This document shows positions 56,351-64,000 of a stretch of DNA of 64,000 bases, one piece after another; within the stretch, counting starts at the first letter, position 1; each line of letters begins with the position of its first letter. The notes under the pieces are model-generated. The model worked only from the letters and a program-made list of their open reading frames with translations. It searched no databases and was not told where the DNA came from. The position numbers were made by a program, and so were the translations under genes. The DNA lies in the NCBI GenBank assembly GCA_964016885.1, contig OZ024743.1, positions 349,308,001 through 349,372,000 on the forward strand. The letters are read 5' to 3'. The DNA is from Eledone cirrhosa (taxonomy: Eukaryota).

Positions 56351-56508
56351 ATACTTTGGGAGGGTCATGTTGCCAATAAGAAACACACGCACCAGTTGCT
56401 TTCACTTCAATTTATTATATATTTATAAACTTATAAATTTACAAATTTTCAAACTTATAAATTTCTGGTTGGTTGGTTGGTTCCACAACCAGATAGTTGT
56501 TTATATAT

Positions 56509-56553
56509 AGTCATAGTCCTTTCGTCACACACTCTGTGACCTCTTCAGTGACT
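56509..56553 (-). ncRNA. PLE pLTR hammerhead (3' pLTR)
   Basis: Reverse complement of 58398-58442. Confidence 0.8.
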
Positions 56554-56855
56554 GGGATTCCTTTCTTTGTTTCTGTGCCTTTCCTTTCTTCTATCCTACG
56601 CCATTTTGTTTCTGTGTGTGTGTTGTGTGCTCAGTTTGCGCATGCGCCACATCCGGGTGTATGTGTGTGTTTGTGTTCATTTATCTATTTGTTTATTTAT
56701 TTATTTATTTATTGTTGGTTGGTTGTTTGTTCTATGTGTGTGTGTGTTTTCATTTTGTCCTGTGTGTGTTTTCATTTTGTCCTTAATTGTAAGTTGTTTG
56801 TTCTATGTGTGTGTGTGTGTTTTCATTTTGTCCTGTGTGTGTTTTCATTTTGTCC

Positions 56856-58316
56856 TTAATTGTAAGTTGTGATGTTGCTGTTCCACTCATATTTTCTATT
56901 TAATTTTGGTTTTAATTCTTTTATGCTTACTGCCTCTGTAATTTGCCTAAACATTGCGTCTTTTCTGTGTGTGGATTCTATTTTTATTTCTATGTTCTCT
57001 AATCTACCCCTGTGTTCTATCTTAGCATGTTGGTAGAGCACAGATGATTCTTTATTATCTTGGAGGTCTCGCCAGTGTTCATTTATTCGTTCCCCTATAC
57101 TACGAGCTGTCTCACCTATGTACACTATATTTTTGTTTCTACATTGTCCTTCAGTACATCTTATGCTATACACTACATTTTTAGTTTTACAGTTAATATG
57201 GGGGCTTATTTTACAGGTTATACATTTCTTATCTATACATGAGGGTCTTTGGAACGGGTATGTCTTGCTAATAAGTGTTTTTACGGAGGAACCTGGTCTT
57301 TCTACTATCTTAATATTGAGATTATGTTTATTTAGGGCCCTTCTAAATGTGTAGGCTAGTTCGCCTCTAGGGGTTGTATTGATGAACATTACACTCTGGT
57401 ATTTATTGCTATCATACCATGAGTTTATTCTATTGGCCTTGTTCCTAGTTCTTTCTATTCTATTCCAAAATTTGCTCCTATACAAGGGGCAGGTCCCATT
57501 TATGTCATTATTTACCATTTTTTCCCATTTAGTTCTGGCTCCTTTATACACTCTGATTCTATCTCTCTGATTGTAGCCAGAGAACTGCATACGGTGGATG
57601 AAGTGTTGTATGTGTCTCTCTAGTTCTTCGGGGTTGCACATGCGGGACACATTTCTCATCACCCGTACCAAATCCGCAATCAGTATGTTGATTTTGGTAT
57701 GGTCCGAAATGGCCGAGTTTCGGTGGATCAGATGTTTGGAAGTCATGGGTTTGGCATAATGGGAATGGAGGATTTGTTTTTGGTTGTTAATGGTATCTAA
57801 CGAGAGCTCTGTGTCTAGTACAGGTAATCGATGGTTGGGGTGTCTACTTGGGTAGTCTATAGTAACTCTAATGCTCTGGTGGATGGAGTTTGCTATTTGC
57901 TGGATGCTTTCCATTGTGTTTTTCTCTAGTTCCTGACTGTTCTTTAGTGGGGGTGTCTTAACTACGATGTTTATATCATCTACGTAGCGGGAGTACATTA
58001 TCAGGGTTAAGCTGTCTTCTAATTGTTCTTTAAGTTTTTATTTAAGTCTACTGTCCCACCATACCATGAATAAGTTAGCTATGTCGCCTGCAATGCTAAC
58101 ACCAATGGCTGCTCCTTCCTCTTGGGCATATGTTTTACCATTAAATTTGAACATATGTTCCTTAAGGGTTAATTTTATGCTGGCCCCTACCGCATGTGCA
58201 ATCATTTTCTTCAGTTCATCGTGGTTTTCGGGTGTCCGTATGGCTCTGGTCCACCCGTTCCATCTATCTGTGTGGGTTTTCTTGGCCATTGAGGTAACGG
58301 TAGGTGGTCTGCCTCT
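56856..58316 (-). pseudogene. PLE reverse transcriptase (C-terminal part) + GIY-YIG endonuclease; one in-frame TAA at 58038-58040
   Basis: FKFNGKTYAQEEGAAIGVSIAGDIANLFM...RLK*KLKEQ...YSRYVDD, LPVLD, YAKP, CxxC, NVVYSIRC...YIGETARSIGERINEH...RQITEA...LN. Both track ORFs are in the same frame. Confidence 0.93.
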
Positions 58317-58397
58317 TGAGCACACAACACGCACACAGAAACAAAATGGCGTAGGATAGAAGAAAAGAAAGGCACAGAAATAAAGAAAGGAATCCCC

Positions 58398-58442
58398 AGT
58401 CACTGAAGAGGTCACAGAGTGTGTGACGAAAGGACTATGACT
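58398..58442 (+). ncRNA. PLE pLTR hammerhead (inverted pLTR)
   Basis: AGUCA-CUGAAGA-G-GUCACA(gagug)UGUGAC-GAA-AGGACU-A-UGACU; stem III is one change from the palindrome AGGCCU. Confidence 0.8.
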
Positions 58443-58662
58443 ATATATAAACAACTATCTGGTTGTGGAACCAACCAACCAACCAGAAATTTATAAGTTT
58501 GTAAATTTGTAAATTTATAAATTTATAAATATATAATAAATTGAAGTGAAAGCAACTGGTGCGTGTATTTCTTATTGGCAACATGACCCTCCCAAAGTAT
58601 AACAATATCGGTTTCAACACACGATTTCAGATAAAGAATCTTGCTAAACACATTCAGAAACG

Positions 58663-58836
<174 letters not shown>

Positions 58837-58936
58837 GTATTTTTTATAAATTATATATAGAAAAAGAAAGAAATGACAATATATATATATATATTTATAT
58901 ATGTATATATATATATATATATATATGTACGTATAT

Positions 58937-58970
<34 letters not shown>

Positions 58971-58983
58971 ATATATGTATGTA

Positions 58984-59023
<40 letters not shown>

Positions 59024-59129
59024 CATACATATATATATATATGTATATATATATATATTTTTATATATATATACATAGATATATATGTATATAAATAGAT
59101 GTATATATACATATATGTGTATATATATT

Positions 59130-59162
<33 letters not shown>

Positions 59163-59302
59163 GTATATAAATATATGTATATATATATACTTGTATATAT
59201 ATATTTATATATATATATACATATATTTATATACATATATATATATGTATGTATATTTATAAATATACAGACATATATATATACATATGTATATATATAT
59301 AT

Positions 59303-59337
<35 letters not shown>

Positions 59338-59365
59338 AATATATATTCACATGTATGTATGTATA

Positions 59366-59423
<58 letters not shown>

Positions 59424-59460
59424 GTATGTACACGTACATACATATATGTATACAGACGTA

Positions 59461-60298
59461 GAGTAGTATGTATATATATACATACATGCACACATATATA
59501 TATGTACGTATGGATTTACCGAACATTTATTATAATGCTCGGTATGTTTGTAAACAAACATCCCAGATTAAGCTGTACAGTGTTTAGCAAGCATCGTTGC
59601 CCTTTTGTTGAACACTGAAAAAGGAACAATGTACTAGTTTCAAGCTTATTAGCTATCGTCAGCAACGTATACCTTCCTGCCAGATGATTGAACGTCTGAA
59701 AGTATATACTTTCCTTATGCATATTAACGGCTGAGCAGCCTAATTTGCATATCGAATGAGTTAATCGGCCGGGCGCACCGAAAATGATAAATGGAAAAAA
59801 TGAAACCAAATTTCATTTCTCACTCTTAGTACTGCTGTTACTTAAATATAAGTATGAATACGTTCATACATATATATATACAGACGTACAGTAGTATGTA
59901 TATATATACATACATGCACACATATATATGTATGTTAATATGTAGGTTAATATGCATAAGGAAAGTATATACTTTCACGTTCAATCATCTGGCAGGAAGG
60001 TATATGGTGCTGGCGATAGCTAATAAGCTTGAAACTAGTACATCGTTCCTTTGTCAGTATTGAACAAAAGGGCAATGATGGTTGCTAAACACTGTACGAC
60101 TTAATCCGGCATGTTTGTTTACAAACAAACCGAGCATTATAATAAATGTTCGGTAAATCCATACGTACATATATGTGCATAGATGTATATACATACTACT
60201 GTACGTCTGTATACATATATGTATGTACGTATACATACTTATATTTAAGTAACAGCCGTACTAAGAGTGAGAATTGAAATTTCGTTTCATTTTTTCTA

Positions 60299-60303
<5 letters not shown>
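59461..60303. mobile_element. Fold-back pLTR-type element with paired hammerheads (59627-59667 minus; 60005-60045 plus)
   Basis: Arms ~59461-59727/59946-60230, plus an internal inverted tail copy 59787-59930. CUG(A/G)CGA-uAGC(uaauaa)GCUu-GAA-ACUAGU-A-CAUYG. Confidence 0.8.
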
Positions 60304-60390
<87 letters not shown>

Positions 60391-60422
60391 TATACATATA
60401 TAATATAATATATATATGAATA

Positions 60423-60480
<58 letters not shown>

Positions 60481-60601
60481 CATATATATGTACACACATA
60501 TGTATATGTATCTAAGTATATATTTATATCTCTCTCTCTCTATATATATATATATATAACGTCGAAACGGCTTGAGCTCAGCCGTCGGGGCCCTACTCGT
60601 T

Positions 60602-60642
<41 letters not shown>

Positions 60643-60709
60643 GTATACATACTTATATTTAAGTAACAGCCGTACTAAGAGTTTTAAATGAAATTTCGTT
60701 TCATTTTTT

Positions 60710-60825
<116 letters not shown>

Positions 60826-60954
60826 ATATATATATTGTTATACTCGCAAACATATATATATATACATATATATATATGTACACACATGTGTATATGTATA
60901 TATGTATATATTTATATCTCTCTCTCTTTCTCTCTCACTCTCTCTCTCTCTCTG

Positions 60955-61000
<46 letters not shown>

Positions 61001-61619
61001 TATATATATATATGTATGTACGTATATGTGCGTGTGTATGTGAAATAAACTATTAGTTTGGGGTGTAACGAGAATAAAATTGTATGGAAGGAGGAGAAAA
61101 TAAATGAACATCCGATAAGCGACCGAAAAACTTTAAGCAATATAGCTTGGTGGTGTTGTCTGCAACGTTAGTGGTACTTGTGGTAGCAGATATTTGGTAG
61201 CAGATATTTGGTGAAGAATTTTCTTTTTGATTCTTGATCTTTAAAGTTATATTATTCATGACGTCATTGCAGTTCTTGAAAACGTCATAGAAGGGTTAGC
61301 TGTGAATATAATAATAGAGGATGGGTTTATATTTCGTGAATGGCCCGTTTCTACGCTCCTCTATTTTGAATATTCTATACTTGCATGAAATTTAGTGAGA
61401 CCCACAATTTGAGATTGATCTTGTTGCTTTTGTTGTTGTTTAACCAAGACAGAGACGTCTCATGGTGAAATCTGCTTGGAAATTTTGATCATTCTGTTGT
61501 TACATTAACAAATCTATGATCGTCCTATCTAACGTTTCCTTCACTTTCCATAGGAAGCAGTTTAAACATGTCTCTCTTAAACCTACAAATCTTATCTCGA
61601 GGTATATCAGCCTTAAAAT

Positions 61620-62480
61620 CAGCCAAAAGGTTAGCAAAATTTCATTCATCAAAAATGCTAAACAGCATATTAAAAAAAAGGTCAAGAAAAATTTCAAGAA
61701 AGAAATTACGGAAGATATCAACGAAAATATTAACCTCCAAATCACAGAGGTCAATCAATAAGCCAACCGATAGACCAGCTGAAACATCAACCAGCAAGTT
61801 ACCTAGGAAGTTAGTCAAACGTTCAACAAAACATTTAATCAAGAAATCGACCATGTCCAACTATAAATCAATTAAGAATCGAAGCAATAAATCTACCATG
61901 AAGTCACCCAAAAGGCTACTCAATAAGTCAACCAACAATTCAAACAAGATATCAAAGAATGATTCAACCATCAAGCCAACCAGCAACTCAACCAATGATT
62001 CGTCTAACTCAGTACATGACCTGTCAGCAAACATGTCAAAACCGTCAAATACGATATCATTCGGAACGTCAATGAGCAGGTCATCCAGTAAAACACCCAA
62101 AATGTCAGTGAAAACGTCAAGAAAAAGGTCGATCAAAAAGTTGACCAAAATCTCACACAAAGCGACCAAGTCAAGCAGGAAATCAGGAAACAAGTCCAAT
62201 AACAATTCAACCAAGACGTCAAAGTAAAAGTCAAAGAATCAGTCAACCATCATTCGAAAAACAAATCAACCTACAAGAGAATCAACTCAACCAAAAAAAT
62301 CAACCGATAATTCAATCCTACAGTCAAGTAACAATTCAAGCAATAAATAAATCAAAGAAGTCAGCCATTAAGTTAAGCAACATGCTAATGAAAACCCCAA
62401 CCAAGAAAGCAACCAATAGTCTAAAATGCAACGGCAAATTCAACCAGCAAGTCAACGAACAAGTCATTCAACAATTAAAC
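61620..62480 (+). repeat. Degenerate ~12-bp periodic A/C-rich repeat
   Basis: Recurrent (A/G/T)TCAACCAA(C/G)AA units; the INQQ/VNQE-type frame is broken by many stops. Confidence 0.6.
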
Positions 62481-63377
62481 TTAAAATCTCTCATGTAGAG
62501 GGGGTTCACACCAAACATATGCATACCGTTGAAGTTCTCGGCATATCACTTTATTATCCTTATCGAAGTTGTCCTAGCAATTAGGAATAACTACCAGATT
62601 AATTCGGAGTATTATCTAAAATAAACCAAGCTTATATCTAGAGCCTCAAACAAGAGCTTACGATTAAACACTCCTACTACGGACACTTGTAAGTGTTCAC
62701 ATTACAGTTTGTACACATGCTCTACTAATCAGTGATCAGTGGAGTATATTTTTTTCTAGCTTTGATACTTTCAAGTTCAGAACAATTCAATCCGACAGGA
62801 CAAATCGTCACACAATCTTTATTGTTAGAATAATTGACATGGAAACTAAACGTTGCCGTGAAAAGTGACACCTCTACAGTACTCCTGCTGCATCTAACAA
62901 CAGTGATTTTATTTTCGACTACGTGTACTGAGCTATTTCCAAATTTCTATCACTTTTACATATTGTCTAAGTGAATGGATTCAAGTTGTAAGCTAGGAAT
63001 CGTTCCTCATATCGATAGGATCCCTTATGGATCTCCCGCCAATAAAAAAGTAGCAGGATTCAATTTCCCTCAACAAACTGCAGTAAAATACTTACGGTTT
63101 CACTAATAAATGAGTTATTATTTTTTTAATAAGTAACTTTAAGTGCACAAACACGTAACAAATCTGTCATGTATTACTCATATTGAAACGGTTTTATATC
63201 TTAGTCAAACTAGAACTTAATTGTAATGGAAATTTAATGTGCATGATATCTATATTAGATACACACACCCACACATATGCACACACACACACACACATAC
63301 ACACACACATACACACACACATACACACACACATATATATATACCTGTACATATAAATATAATAATAATAATAATAT

Positions 63378-63550
63378 TGGTTTCTACTTTGGCACAAGGC
63401 CAGCAATTACCTCAATGCATTATTTTATCGATCCCGTAAAGATAAAAGGTAAAGTTAATATTGGTGGGATTGGAACTCAGAACTTTAAGGGCCATAATTC
63501 TATGCTGCAAAGCTTGTATCTGACGCTCTACCGATACTGCCAATCCGCCG
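63378..63550 (-). mobile_element. tRNA-derived SINE
   Basis: TTTCTACTTTGGCACAAGGCCAGCAATTA...CTCTACCGATACTGCCAATCCGCC. Confidence 0.85.
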
Positions 63551-63569
63551 AATAATAATGCGTCTAGAA

Positions 63570-64000
63570 TGGCCTATCTCAAGCAACAATCTCCAAATCA
63601 TCCAATTGGATTACCAAGCAACCAAGATCAACCGGGCTTAGTGACGCACTCATCTATCTTGGTCATGAGCTACCACTGGGTTTCTGGTCGATTGAATTTG
63701 CCCTTGAAATCTGTTCATCAATTATTTCATTAGACATTCTAATCACATGTCCGTAGTACTAGAGCCATAATATCATGAATCGGAGATGTAGAGACTCTAC
63801 CTGGGACGACTACGTTATCTCTTTGCCACGCAGTCTATCGATTAACGTTACACCAGAAACCATTCGGAGGAAACCGTTTTCGGCCGCTTGTATTTGTGAT
63901 CGTATACTTTCGGTCATTACCCAAGATGTCTGACTATAGTTAAGGTTATGTACCGAATTGTGGATAGCAAGTTTAGTTTTTTTCTCCTGATAACCGAGTG
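63570..64000 (-). mobile_element. RTE (Expander/Rex3-like) LINE 3' remnant, runs off the window
   Basis: LNYSQTSWVMTESIRSQIQAAENGFLRMVSGVTLIDRLRGKEI...YYGHVIRM. Confidence 0.85.

Larger units (their letters stand above)
56343..58608 (-). mobile_element. 5'-truncated Penelope-like element with inverted pseudo-LTRs, in (TA)n
   Basis: Inverted repeats 56343-56633/58317-58608 bracket an RT-GIY-YIG frame, and each repeat has a hammerhead. Confidence 0.93.

Noticed and set aside
61568-62227. 219-aa K/S/N-rich ORF
   Set aside because: Off-frame reading of the 12-bp periodic repeat; no domain or splice support.

Overview
AT-rich, microsatellite-saturated eukaryotic non-genic DNA. The tRNA-derived SINE families resemble octopod cephalopod SINEs (inference). 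I found no host gene, and nearly all ORF-track entries are TA/CA/GA/TAA repeat artefacts. Recognisable mobile elements: a mariner 5' fragment, RTE 3' ends, R4/Dong-type and Tx1/L1-type non-LTR retrotransposons stacked in (TAA)n tracts, SINEs with target-site duplications (TSDs), Helitron-like ends, and three Penelope-like element (PLE) remnants, one with a nearly intact RT-C/GIY-YIG frame. The main signal not shown by the ORF track is RNA structure: more than 20 minimal type-I hammerhead ribozyme (HHR) motifs of about 10 unrelated sequence families, most with a palindromic stem III that suggests dimeric folding. Most lie in fold-back elements embedded in (TA)n, and every such pair has the same polarity (left HHR on minus, right HHR on plus, 3' tails outward). 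The best example is a young 310-bp tandem retrozyme-like array with a central inversion (21931-23695). It carries five intact HHRs and is predicted to release a branched ~310-nt, potentially circular RNA. All ribozyme calls are manual folds, and none has been tested for activity.
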